This document shows, piece after piece, positions 23,304-34,708 of a stretch of 64,000 bases of DNA. Each line of letters opens with the position of its first letter. The first letter of the stretch is position 1. The notes below the pieces were generated by a model, which saw nothing but the letters and a program-made list of their open reading frames with translations, had not been told where the DNA came from and did not search any database. Position numbers and translations under genes: made by a program. This stretch comes from Terriglobia bacterium (GTDB lineage Bacteria > Acidobacteriota > Polarisedimenticolia > Polarisedimenticolales > JAIQFR01): NCBI GenBank assembly GCA_963748015.1, contig CAVVHE010000004.1, forward strand, positions 1,952,001-2,016,000, written 5' to 3'.

Positions 23304-23329
23304 CTGGAGTTTTCGAGCGCACTCCCGCG

Positions 23330-25333
23330 TCACGGACAGGCTGCGGCCGCGGCGTTGATCGCGGCGTCGCGGGGGGATGCTCCGCCGCCCGCGAACTCGC
23401 CGTACGTGCCCTTGCAGACCCCTCGCTCGCCGCGCACCAGGTACCAGAAGCCGCCCTCGGGAGCCGGGTCCGGCTCGCTCACGAGTAGCGGCGTCGCGAT
23501 CACGGCGGCGGCCAGGCAGCGCACCGCGGACGCCGCGACGTCCCCCGTCGAGCGAAGCGCGACGAGGTCTCCCTCGACCACCCCGTAGGCCGAGGCGTTC
23601 GCCGCCGCCGTCCACGAGAGCAGGGTCCCCGAGGCGTCCCGGCCGGCCGCGAGGACGGGAGCGTCCACCAGCGGGCAGGTCCCGCAGGTGTCGAACTTGA
23701 ACGCGCCGATCCGCGTCCGCCACCCGTAGGGCGAGCTCGAGGCGTAGTACTCCTGCGTGTACCAGAACGTGCAGTCGTCGGCGGGATCGACGCTCAGGGC
23801 GCTGTAGTCGCCCCATCGCGCGGCGCCGGCCTGCGAGCCGCCGCCGCTTGCGAGCGTCCCCTCGGGGTGCGGCATCGTGCCGGGGGGATCCGACGCGAGC
23901 CTCCCGGCATAGCGCACCGACGGGAACGTCGCGGCGCCCGCGACGCTGTACCCCAGCGCGATGTCCCCGGCGCCGTCGGCCGCGACGCTTCCCATCCATC
24001 GGTGGTCCGCGTCGGGCGCCACGGTCCCGGCCTGCGCGACGAACGGCGCGGGCCCGTCGAGGCCGCGGAGCTCGTACCAGCGGACCCCGGCGTGGTCGAG
24101 TCCGTCCACGTCCACGGTGTGGTTCACGGTGAGGCTCTCGTGCGCGACGAAGTTCCGGTAGGCGAGGCGGGACATGAGGCGGTCGGCGATCGCGTCCACC
24201 CTGCTGCCGCCCGGCAACGGGATGCACGCCGCCGCGTAGCCGCACAGGTCGGCGTTGAACGAGAGGCCGGCGGCGGTGAGGTCGATGACCGCGTCGGGGT
24301 TCCCGTCGGCGCCGAACGTGGAGAGGGAGGTGTCGGCCCAGTCCACGTGGAACCTCGAGAGCTGAAGCCGGTCGCTCGGCCAGCCCCACGCGTCGTCGTC
24401 CACCTCGGCGAACCACGCCGGCGACCCCGCCGGCGGCGGGATCGGGCCGTCGAGATCGGCGGGGAGCTGGCCCCCGAGGGCGGGATTCACCGCGTACAGG
24501 TCGAACACGACCATGCGGGCCGGCTGTCCCGCGAGCATCCTGTCCCGCTCGAACGCCGCGGCCGCCTGCCCGCGCCAGCCCTGGGTGGCGGCGTCGAACT
24601 GGTTGACGGCCATGTAGTAGGCGTCCGGCCAGACGGCGAATTTCGGATAGTCGTTGAGGATCGTCTGGCTCCACGGGAAATCGTAGCGGTGCCACGCGCC
24701 GGTGGGATCGCCGGTCTGCGACACCGCGATGCACTGGTGGAAGTTCCCGGGCCAGTCGAAGGCGAGCTGGCTCGCGAGCCACCGATCTGCGAGCGGGTCG
24801 TACAGGACGATCGGGTCGCCGTTGTCGTGCGTTTCGCAGATGCCGCCGAACCCGGCCCACAGCGTCCGCCCGCTCACCGGACCGAGGAGCAACTTCCCCG
24901 TCTTGTCCCAGATCGCCAGGGACAGGTTGACCCACTGGACGTAGTGCTTGGGCCCGACGTCACCCACGGTGTCCGGCGGGACCCGGTTGCTGAGGTTCGA
25001 GACCCCCTCGAAGCCGGCGAGCGGCGAGGGCATCGGGGCTCCCTCGAGAACCGGCCGCGAGGCGTAGCACGCGTCCACGGTTCCGGCGCCGGCCTTGGCC
25101 TCGTAGCGCCCCGGCAGCACGAGATTCAGGCTCGGCTCCTCGGACTCGGCGCGCTCGGCGGCGGGCGGGATCGAGCGAAGCGGCGGGGAGGTGTCGTGGG
25201 CCGCGGCCCACGCGACGGACGGCACGAGCCGGGCCGGAGCGGGAGCACCCGGGGAGACGCCCCGCCCCGCGGCGGAGACCGCGAGGCCCGCCGAAAGACC
25301 CACGACGATCGCGACCGTACCCGGCGCCCGCAT
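23330..25333 (-). CDS. Secreted protein of unknown function with a Cys-containing C-terminal module
   Basis: Signal peptide; PPDTVGDVGPKHYVQWVN, GDPIVLYD, DYPK, GVRWYEL, RWGDYS, DDCTFWYT; C-terminal WYLVR...RD...CP. Confidence 0.85.
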   Translation of the reverse strand: MRAPGTVAIVVGLSAGLAVSAAGRGVSPGAPAPARLVPSVAWAAAHDTSPPLRSIPPAAERAESEEPSLNLVLPGRYEAKAGAGTVDACYASRPVLEGAPMPSPLAGFEGVSNLSNRVPPDTVGDVGPKHYVQWVNLSLAIWDKTGKLLLGPVSGRTLWAGFGGICETHDNGDPIVLYDPLADRWLASQLAFDWPGNFHQCIAVSQTGDPTGAWHRYDFPWSQTILNDYPKFAVWPDAYYMAVNQFDAATQGWRGQAAAAFERDRMLAGQPARMVVFDLYAVNPALGGQLPADLDGPIPPPAGSPAWFAEVDDDAWGWPSDRLQLSRFHVDWADTSLSTFGADGNPDAVIDLTAAGLSFNADLCGYAAACIPLPGGSRVDAIADRLMSRLAYRNFVAHESLTVNHTVDVDGLDHAGVRWYELRGLDGPAPFVAQAGTVAPDADHRWMGSVAADGAGDIALGYSVAGAATFPSVRYAGRLASDPPGTMPHPEGTLASGGGSQAGAARWGDYSALSVDPADDCTFWYTQEYYASSSPYGWRTRIGAFKFDTCGTCPLVDAPVLAAGRDASGTLLSWTAAANASAYGVVEGDLVALRSTGDVAASAVRCLAAAVIATPLLVSEPDPAPEGGFWYLVRGERGVCKGTYGEFAGGGASPRDAAINAAAAACP

Positions 25334-25460
25334 CCCGCTCCCCTCCGTCCCCCGCTCGCTCCGGGGGAAATTCTATGGCGGGAGCACCGTCTTCGCCCGT
25401 GCGCCGGGCGCCGTTTCGTCGCTTGACTCCGCGGCCTCGCGCAAGGATGCTCGTCGGCCC

Positions 25461-27470
25461 ATGGACACCGTCGCCTCGATGTTTCGCGGCCGGGCGGCCC
25501 GCGCGGCGCTGCTCGCGGCCCTCGCCGTTCTCGCGGCGCTCGCCGCGGTCGAGGCGGCCGGAGCGGGGCGCGGATGGTGGTTCTCGTGGGCTCGCGAGCT
25601 GTCGGTCGCGCTGCTCGTACTCCTCTCGGCGTGGTCCGCCGGGCGCTTCGCGCTCGGGATCGTCCTCGGGGAGGACTCCGAGGGACGCCGGGGCGTCGTG
25701 GTCGAGACCGCCGCCGGCCTCTCGATCCTCTGCGGCGCGACGATGGCGCTCGGGACCCTCGGCGGCGTCCGCCCCGTCTTGCTGGCCCTCCTCCTCGCGG
25801 CGGGGCTGGTCCCCGCGGCGCGCGGTTGGCTCGCGCGGCGCCGCGGAGCCGTCGACCCCGCGCCCGATCTTCCGAGCCCGGCACGCTGCCGGCAGCCTGC
25901 CGCCTCCTCCTGGCCGTCGTGGCCTGGGAACATCGCGGTGGCGGCAGTGCTCGCGCTCGGGTTCCTGTACGCCTCGCTCCCGCCGGTCTTCTACGACACG
26001 CTGGTGTACCACCTCGGCCTCCCGAACCTCTATCTCGCCACCGGCTCGCTCACCTACTGGAGCGGCTCGTACCTTTCGAGTTATCCCCAGAATGCCGAGA
26101 TGCTCGGCGTGCTCGCGATGGCGCTCGGCGGCGAGAAGGCCGCCCAGCTCCTCGGCTTCGGCATCGCCTGTTTGATCGTCGTCGCGGTGCGGCGGCTCGC
26201 GCGGCGGGAGGCAGGGGCGGCCGGGGCCGACCTCGCGTTCCTGTTCCTCGCGTCGCAGTGGCCGTTCTGGTTCGGCGCCTGTTTCGGGAAGAACGACCTC
26301 ACCGGGGCGCTCTTCCTCGTCGCCGCCTTGGCGGTCGCGCTCGAACCGTCTCCCTCGAGGCCGCTGCGCTCGCTGGCCGTCGCGGGCGCCTTGGCGGGCT
26401 TCGGCGTCGGGGTCAAGCTCACCAACGCGCTTCCGGCGCTTCTGATCGCTTGCGTTCCCCTGCTCGAGCGGGGCGTCCTCACGAGGGAGCGGGCCCGCCG
26501 CTCGGCCGTCTTCCTGCTCGCCGTGCTCGTCACGGCCTCGCCGTGGCCGGTCCGCAACGCGGTGTACCGAGGCAATCCCTTCTTCCCGGCCTTCTACTCC
26601 CTCCTCGGCGGGCGAGATTTCTCCCAGGCGGCGGCGGAGCGGATGGAGCGCGACTCGCTCATGGACATGGACCGCTCCCCCGGCGCGGCGGCGGCGAGGG
26701 TCGCCGGGATCGGCTTCGACCGGGAGCGCTACGCGAGCGGCGGAGAGCTTTCCCCGCTGACGATCCCGCTCCTGCTCCTCGGGCTCGCGCTCTCCCGTCG
26801 GAGGGAGACGGCCGCCCCGCTGGGGATCGCGCTCCTCACTCTGGCCGGCGGCGTCGGCTTCCTCTCGGCGGTGGTGCGCGTGTACGCGATCGCCTGGGTC
26901 CTCGTGCCGCTGGCGGCGGCGGTCGCCTACGCGAGATTCCGCGCGTGGCCGTGGCGGGCCGCCGTCGTGCTGGCGGTGGCCGCGGCCGCGGTCCCGGGGC
27001 TCGCCTTCTCGACCCGCATGCTCGAGGCGGTCTCGGCGGGCGGCCACCGCGTCTTCCTCGGCCGCCTCGATCCGGCGGACTATCTTGCGGGCCGGGTGAA
27101 CTACCTCGAGGTGGCGGACTACGCGAACGCCCGCCTGCCGGACGACAGCCGGATCCTCGCCGTCGGCACGTCGCGCACCGTCTACATCCGCCGGCGATGC
27201 GATGCGCCGAGCGCCTGGGACGACGCGTGGATCGCGCGCGCGTCCCGCCCCGGGGCCGACCCGACGGCGCTGCGAGACGAGCTGCGGGACATGGGGTACA
27301 CCCACGTCCTCCTGAACGCGCAGGAGCTGCAGGAGTCCGAGCCGGCGAGGCGCGCCGCGGGGATCCTGGGCGATCCGGCGGCCCCCGGCCGGCTCGACGC
27401 CTTCTTCAGGACGCTGCGCCCGTTGTTCGGAGCCAACGGCTGCACCCTGTTCGAGATCCCCGGGTCTTGA
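25461..27470 (+). CDS. Polytopic membrane protein, putative GT-C (ArnT/PMT-like) glycosyltransferase
   Basis: PPVFYDTLVYHLGLP loop, YPQNAEM, KND, GVKLTN, SPWPVRN...GNPFFP, many TM helices. Confidence 0.72.
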   Translation: MDTVASMFRGRAARAALLAALAVLAALAAVEAAGAGRGWWFSWARELSVALLVLLSAWSAGRFALGIVLGEDSEGRRGVVVETAAGLSILCGATMALGTLGGVRPVLLALLLAAGLVPAARGWLARRRGAVDPAPDLPSPARCRQPAASSWPSWPGNIAVAAVLALGFLYASLPPVFYDTLVYHLGLPNLYLATGSLTYWSGSYLSSYPQNAEMLGVLAMALGGEKAAQLLGFGIACLIVVAVRRLARREAGAAGADLAFLFLASQWPFWFGACFGKNDLTGALFLVAALAVALEPSPSRPLRSLAVAGALAGFGVGVKLTNALPALLIACVPLLERGVLTRERARRSAVFLLAVLVTASPWPVRNAVYRGNPFFPAFYSLLGGRDFSQAAAERMERDSLMDMDRSPGAAAARVAGIGFDRERYASGGELSPLTIPLLLLGLALSRRRETAAPLGIALLTLAGGVGFLSAVVRVYAIAWVLVPLAAAVAYARFRAWPWRAAVVLAVAAAAVPGLAFSTRMLEAVSAGGHRVFLGRLDPADYLAGRVNYLEVADYANARLPDDSRILAVGTSRTVYIRRRCDAPSAWDDAWIARASRPGADPTALRDELRDMGYTHVLLNAQELQESEPARRAAGILGDPAAPGRLDAFFRTLRPLFGANGCTLFEIPGS

Positions 27471-27495
27471 GCGTGCCGGCGCGCCCGCCGGTACA

Positions 27496-28371
27496 ATGGC
27501 CGCGATGGAAAGGCGTGCCCTTCCAACGAACCTGCGCCTCGGAACCTCGTCGTTCTCGAGCGACGACTGGGTCGGCTCGTTCTATCCGGAGGGGACGCGC
27601 CCGGAGGCATTCCTGGGGGAATACGCCCGCCGGTTCGACGCCGTGGAGATCGATGCGACCTTCTACCGGATCCCGTCGGCGCGCCAGGTGGACGGCTGGC
27701 GGGACCGGACCCCGGAGGGTTTCGCGTTCGCCGCGAAGATCCCGCGGTCGGTCACCCACGGCGAGGGAGGTCCGGAGACCCTCGACGACCTGAATCGCTT
27801 CCTCGACGTCATGAGGCGGCTCGGCCCCAAGCTCGGCCCCCTGCTCTTCCAGTTCCCCTACGTCGCCAAGGGGCGCGACGCGGACGAGTACGCGACGGGA
27901 GGCCGCTTCCGCGCGAACCTGGCCGGGATCTTCGAGCAGCTCCCCGGCGACCTCGCCTTCGCCGTCGAGGTGCGGAACGAGAAGTGGATTGCGCCTCCCC
28001 TGCTCGACCTCCTGCGGTCGCGCGGCGTGGCGCTGGCGCTGATCGACTACTACACGACGCCGGGAATGTCGCGGCTCGCCGCGAGCCCCGAGGCGGTGAC
28101 GTCGCGATTCGCCTACCTTCGGTTCCTGGGAAACCACCGCGAGATGGATGCCCTGGTGGAGAAGAAGGCCGATTCGGGGGGGCGCCGCTGGGACGCCGTC
28201 GTTCGCGACCGCGCTCGCGAGACGCGCGCGTGGGTGCCCGCGGTCGCCGCCTTGACGCGCAGGGTCGAGACCGTTTACGCGTTCTTCAACAATCACTACG
28301 CCGGCTTCGCCCCGGGCTCGATCGAGCTGTTCCGCTCGGTGTGGGAGGAGTCGTTCCCCGGGAGCGCGTGA
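27496..28371 (+). CDS. DUF72 (YecE-like) protein
   Basis: GTSSF...WVGSFYP, VEIDATFY, LFQFP, AVEVRN, YLRFLG, FFNNHYAG. Confidence 0.9.
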   Translation: MAAMERRALPTNLRLGTSSFSSDDWVGSFYPEGTRPEAFLGEYARRFDAVEIDATFYRIPSARQVDGWRDRTPEGFAFAAKIPRSVTHGEGGPETLDDLNRFLDVMRRLGPKLGPLLFQFPYVAKGRDADEYATGGRFRANLAGIFEQLPGDLAFAVEVRNEKWIAPPLLDLLRSRGVALALIDYYTTPGMSRLAASPEAVTSRFAYLRFLGNHREMDALVEKKADSGGRRWDAVVRDRARETRAWVPAVAALTRRVETVYAFFNNHYAGFAPGSIELFRSVWEESFPGSA

Positions 28372-28578
28372 GACTCGTCGCGACCCGAAGCGGGGCTCGC
28401 GAGGACATGGTACGTTGGCTTGCTTGTGACAACGCTTGTCGTTTCGCGACCGCCGGTGCGACATCCTCGGGCGGGCGGGTCCGGCACCGGTCACCCCGGA
28501 GCGCCCGGAAAATCCGGCTCGACGGCGAAAGAGGCGCCAAACGGTCGTTTCCGCCGGGCGATCCCGCGGGACGGTTGT

Positions 28579-28594
28579 TGGCACCGCGGTTGCA
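28579..28594 (+). promoter_or_regulatory. Sigma-54 (-24/-12) promoter of the pilin gene
   Basis: TGGCAC-CGCGG-TTGCA, an exact consensus match about 40 bp upstream of the start. Confidence 0.8.
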
Positions 28595-28634
28595 AGTTGG
28601 ATACCTCGGACCAGAGCAAGGAGGACATGAAAAA

Positions 28635-29085
28635 ATGAGGAACCAGAAAGGCTTCACGCTGATCGAGCTGCTGATCGTGGTTGCGATCATCGGCATCATC
28701 GCCGCCATCGCCATCCCGAACCTGCTGAACGCGATCGACCGCGGCAAGCAGAAGCGGATCCATGGCGGACCTTCGCTCCATCGGCACGGCCGTCGAGTCG
28801 TACGCCATCGACAACAACTACTACCCGGCCGCGACCGACATCGCGACGCTCGGCGCCGTGGCGACGAACGTGGTGCCGATCTACATCAAGACGATGCCGA
28901 TCCAGGACGGCTGGCGGCACGACTTCTACGTCAACTCGACGACCACGGGCTACACGCTCGCCTCCGGCGGCAAGGACGGCGGCGGTATCACCGGTTGGGT
29001 GGGCGGCGCCACGCAGGACTTCAACGCGGCGATCGTCTTCACCGCCGGCCAGTTCTCGCAGTGGCCCGAGGGCGTACAGCAGTAG
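28635..29085 (+). CDS. Type IV pilin / GspG-like pseudopilin with a +1 frameshift near 28758 (probable sequencing error)
   Basis: MRNQKG|FTLIELLIVVAIIGIIAAIAIPNL class III signal; continues in another frame as MADLRSIG...QDGW...YTLASGGKDG. Confidence 0.88.
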
Positions 29086-29111
29086 ACGGCGCAGCGGATC
29101 TCCTTCCGACG

Positions 29112-29147
29112 GAAGGCGGCGGGTTCGTCCCGCCGCCTTTCGTTTTT
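29112..29147 (+). terminator. Intrinsic terminator after pilin
   Basis: aaggcggcggg-ttcgt-cccgccgcctt stem followed by a T-rich tail. Confidence 0.8.
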
Positions 29148-29216
29148 GGGGCGAGTTGACGCCGGGGCGGGAGAGGTGGTTTGCTTGTGAACCGTCCTGA
29201 CCAAGGAGGCGGTCCG

Positions 29217-29822
29217 ATGGAGCCCGAGTTCCTGCTGTACCGTGCCATCAACTTCTCCGAGCGCGCGCATCGCGGACAGCTTCGGAAGGGCACCGAGAAG
29301 CCCTACTTCACGCACCCGGTCGCCGTCGGGATGATGGTCCTCGCCCACGGCCACGGTGTCGAGGCCGCGGTGGTCGGGCTCCTTCACGACGTGATCGAGG
29401 ACACCCCCGCGGACAGGGACGAGGTCGAGGAGGCGTTCGGCTCCTCGATCGCCCAGGCGGTGGTGGACCTCTCCGAGCTCGACAAGACCCTCCCGTGGGA
29501 GGAACGGAAGCTCGCCTACGTCGCGCATCTGGCCGAGGCGACCGATCTCGCACTGCCGGCGTGCGCGGCCGACAAGATCCACAATCTGCGCAGCCTCCTC
29601 TGGGACCTCGACGACGCCCGCCGGGAGGGGCTCGACCCGGACCTGGTCTGGCGGCGATTCAAGCGCCCGCCGCACCAGATCGCCGCCTATCACCGCGCGG
29701 TCTGGGCCGCCCTGGGGAGCCGAGGGTTCGTGGGGCCTTTGAGCGACCTCCTGGACTCGGCGATCCATCGCTTCGCCTCGGTCGTCGGGACCGACCCCGC
29801 CCGCGATCATTTCCTGCGCTGA
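29217..29822 (+). CDS. HD-domain small alarmone hydrolase (Mesh1/SpoT-HD-like)
   Basis: HRGQLRKG..PYFTHP, LHDVIEDT, ADKIHNL; AAGGAGG SD. Confidence 0.85.
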   Translation: MEPEFLLYRAINFSERAHRGQLRKGTEKPYFTHPVAVGMMVLAHGHGVEAAVVGLLHDVIEDTPADRDEVEEAFGSSIAQAVVDLSELDKTLPWEERKLAYVAHLAEATDLALPACAADKIHNLRSLLWDLDDARREGLDPDLVWRRFKRPPHQIAAYHRAVWAALGSRGFVGPLSDLLDSAIHRFASVVGTDPARDHFLR

Positions 29823-29826
29823 CCGC

Positions 29827-30822
29827 ATGGCCGACCGCATCGAGATCCAGTTCCGCGAGGCCGCGGACCGGCTCCTCCCGGCGCGCGGCACCGTCCTCGT
29901 CGCGGTGTCCGGCGGCGCCGACTCGGTGGCGCTCCTCCACCTCCTGGCGCGATTCGCGGCCCGTCGCTCTCTCCGGCTCGTGGTCGCCCACCTCGACCAC
30001 GCGCTCCGCCGGGGATCGCCCGCGGACCGCCGCTTCGTGGGACGCCTCTCGGCGAGCCTCGGATATCCATGTCTCTCGGACCGCCGCGACGTGGCCTCGC
30101 TCCGGCTCCGCGGAGAGTCGCCCGAGGAGGCCGCGCGCCGCGTGAGGCGCGGGTTCCTGGTCGAGACCGCCGCGCGCGCGGGCGCCGCGCGTATCGCGAC
30201 GGGGCACACGCTCGACGACCAGGCGGAGACCGTGCTGATGCGTCTCGCTCGCGGCGCCGGACCCTCGGCGCTGGCGGGGATGGAGGCCTCGGGGCCGGGC
30301 CCGTTCGTGCGCCCCTTGCTGGGGATCGAGCGGGCCGACCTCCGCGCGTGGCTCGGCCGCCGGGGCCTTTCGCACCGGGAGGACCCGTCGAACCGCGCCC
30401 TCCTCTACGATCGGAACCGGGTGCGCCGTCTCGTGATTCCCGCGCTGGCGGAGGCGCTCAATCCCCGGGCCGCCCGTCACCTGGTGGAAGCCGCGGACCG
30501 TCTCCGCGGGGATGCGAGATACCTGGACGATCTCGCGGGAAGGCGGTTCTCGGGCGTCGCCCGCGTCTCGTCCCGCGGCACGCTGGCGCTGGACGCCGGA
30601 GCCCTCGCCCGGGCCCCCTCCTGTCTCGCCGCGAGGATCGCCCGGCTCGCGCTGGCGCGGGCGGGGGCCGACCCGCGCCGCATCGGATCGCGGCATATCG
30701 ACGCCTTGCTCGGCCTCGCGCGCGGAGAGGACGGCCGGCAGGCCGACCTGCCGGGGGGCCTCCTCGCCTCGAGGCGGGGGCGGCGAATTCTCCTGGAGCG
30801 GCGGGCCCGCCCGAAGAGGTGA
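29827..30822 (+). CDS. tilS: tRNA(Ile)-lysidine synthetase (short form)
   Basis: AVSGGADS PP-loop, HLDHALR, GHTLDDQAET, RPLL, EDPSN, RNRVR. Confidence 0.93.
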   Translation: MADRIEIQFREAADRLLPARGTVLVAVSGGADSVALLHLLARFAARRSLRLVVAHLDHALRRGSPADRRFVGRLSASLGYPCLSDRRDVASLRLRGESPEEAARRVRRGFLVETAARAGAARIATGHTLDDQAETVLMRLARGAGPSALAGMEASGPGPFVRPLLGIERADLRAWLGRRGLSHREDPSNRALLYDRNRVRRLVIPALAEALNPRAARHLVEAADRLRGDARYLDDLAGRRFSGVARVSSRGTLALDAGALARAPSCLAARIARLALARAGADPRRIGSRHIDALLGLARGEDGRQADLPGGLLASRRGRRILLERRARPKR

Positions 30823-30826
30823 CGCG

Positions 30827-31339
30827 TTGAGGCTCTCGGAGGAGATCCTGATCGGCGAGGAGCGGATCCGCGAGCGGGTGGAGGCCCTGGCGCGCGCCAT
30901 CGCGGCGGACACGCCGGAGCGATCCGGGCTTTCGGTGCTGGCGCTTCTCGACGGGGCGTTCGTTTTCGCCTCGGACCTGGTGCGGCGCCTCCCGATGCCG
31001 GTCAAGCTCGCCCTCGTCCCGGTCCGATCCGTGGATCGCGGCGGCGACCCCTCGGCCATGGCTCTTCCGCCCGAGTTCCCCGTCGAGGGGGCGGACGTCC
31101 TGGTCGTCGAGGACATCCTGGACTCCGGGCGCACCCTCGCCGGGGTTCGCGACAACCTCCTCGCCCGAGGCCCCCGTCGGATCCGGATCGCCGTCCTGCT
31201 CGACAAGCCGGCCCGCCGGGTGGTCCCGGTCGCGGTGGACTACGTGGGCTTCACGGTGCCCGACGTCTGGTGGGTGGGCTACGGCCTGGACGCGGACGGC
31301 CTTTTCCGCAATCTCCCGTATCTCACCCGCACGGAGTGA
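30827..31339 (+). CDS. hpt: Hypoxanthine phosphoribosyltransferase-like protein
   Basis: VVEDILDSGRTL PRPP loop, LLDKP, VGYGLD, RNLP; located between tilS and ftsH. Confidence 0.85.
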   Translation: MRLSEEILIGEERIRERVEALARAIAADTPERSGLSVLALLDGAFVFASDLVRRLPMPVKLALVPVRSVDRGGDPSAMALPPEFPVEGADVLVVEDILDSGRTLAGVRDNLLARGPRRIRIAVLLDKPARRVVPVAVDYVGFTVPDVWWVGYGLDADGLFRNLPYLTRTE

Positions 31340-31521
31340 CTTCCGGCTCCCCGGGGGCCGTGGACTCGGGCGGGCCGGGGTCCCGGCGGCCGGGCCGGGG
31401 GCTCGAAGTTCTTGGCGCATCCGGACCTACTCCGATATATTGTTAAGAGTTCGGTGGGACGCGTTCGAAGCGTGCCGGGGGGGGGTGGTGCAGAAACCCC
31501 CCGGATGCGAGGAGCCGCGCG

Positions 31522-33471
<1,950 letters not shown>

Positions 33472-33501
33472 CGTCGGAAACGGAACACGAGCGGGGGATC
33501 C

Positions 33502-34689
33502 TTGGATCACAACCCGAGAGTCATCGAGATGGCGGAGCTACGCCTCGCGGTGCGGCGCATGGCCGACGTCGACGAGCCCCACGCCCTGCTCGCCGACCGC
33601 CTCTTCGCCAAAACGCGTCGCGCGATCCGGCTCGAGGGGGTCGCCCCCGACGCGGCCGCCCTGCTCCGGCGCGAGGCGGAGGCGCTCGGCATCGCAGTGC
33701 TCGACGGGATGCCGGCGAGCACGGGCTCGGCCGCACGGATCCTCGTCGCGGACGACGAGAACCTGCGGAGGCTCGCCTCGGTCCTCGAGGTCGGCGGCGA
33801 GAAGCCCCTCGCCAACGCGGTCCGCGCGACCCTCTCGAGCTACCTCCGCTCCGGCTTCTCGCTCTCGTGGCCCGACGGCGAGCGCCTTCCCCTCGGCTCC
33901 GAAACGCGGGTCATGGGGATCCTGAACGTCACCCCGGACTCGTTCTCCGACGGCGGGAAGTTCGACGACCCGGGACGCGCCCTCGAGGCCGCGGCGGTGA
34001 TGGCCGACGAGGGGGCCGAGATCCTGGACGTCGGAGGAGAGAGCTCCCGGCCCGGCGCCCTGCCGGTCCCCGAGGAGGAGGAGATCCGTCGCGTCGTCCC
34101 TCTCGTCCACGCGATCAAGCGCGAGCTGGCCGTAAGGGTCTCGGTGGACACCTACAAGACCTCCGTCGCGCGGGCGGCGCTCGACGCCGGCGCGGACATG
34201 GTGAACGACATCACCGCGTTCTCGGAGCCCGGGATGATCCCGCTCCTGCGAGACCGGCGCGCCACGGCCGTCGTGATGCACATGCGGGGCACCCCGGCGA
34301 CGATGCAGAAGGACACGCAGTACGTGGACCTGATGGCCTCGGTCGTGGGCTACCTCCGCCGGGCCGTGGAGAAGGCGACCCAGGCCGGAGTCGCCGATGA
34401 TAAGATCCTCGTGGATCCGGGACTCGGCTTCGGGAAATCCGCGGCGGGGAATCTCCAGATCCTCCGGGAACTGCCGACGCTGAGGAGCGTGGGCCGGCCG
34501 GTCCTGATCGGGGGCTCCCGCAAGTCGTTCATCGGAGCCGCGCTCAACCTGCCGGTCGGCGAGCGGCTGGAGGGGAGCCTGGCCGTCGCCGCGCTCGCCG
34601 CCTGGCAGGGAGCGCACATGATCCGGACGCACGACGTGGGCGAGACGATTCGCGTGGTCCGGATGATCGACGCGATCCGGAACCTCTGA
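33502..34689 (+). CDS. folP: Dihydropteroate synthase with N-terminal extension
   Basis: MGILNVTPDSFSDGG, GGESSRPG, SVDTYK, MHMRG, DPGLGFGK, SRKSF, RTHDV. Confidence 0.95.
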   Translation: MDHNPRVIEMAELRLAVRRMADVDEPHALLADRLFAKTRRAIRLEGVAPDAAALLRREAEALGIAVLDGMPASTGSAARILVADDENLRRLASVLEVGGEKPLANAVRATLSSYLRSGFSLSWPDGERLPLGSETRVMGILNVTPDSFSDGGKFDDPGRALEAAAVMADEGAEILDVGGESSRPGALPVPEEEEIRRVVPLVHAIKRELAVRVSVDTYKTSVARAALDAGADMVNDITAFSEPGMIPLLRDRRATAVVMHMRGTPATMQKDTQYVDLMASVVGYLRRAVEKATQAGVADDKILVDPGLGFGKSAAGNLQILRELPTLRSVGRPVLIGGSRKSFIGAALNLPVGERLEGSLAVAALAAWQGAHMIRTHDVGETIRVVRMIDAIRNL

Positions 34690-34708
34690 GGGAGGGGTCC
34701 TGCGCGAG

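Noticed and set aside
31475..31504. G9 tract upstream of ftsH as a phase-variation site
   Set aside because: It is non-coding and pairs with a C6 run as a hairpin; an ordinary structure is more likely.
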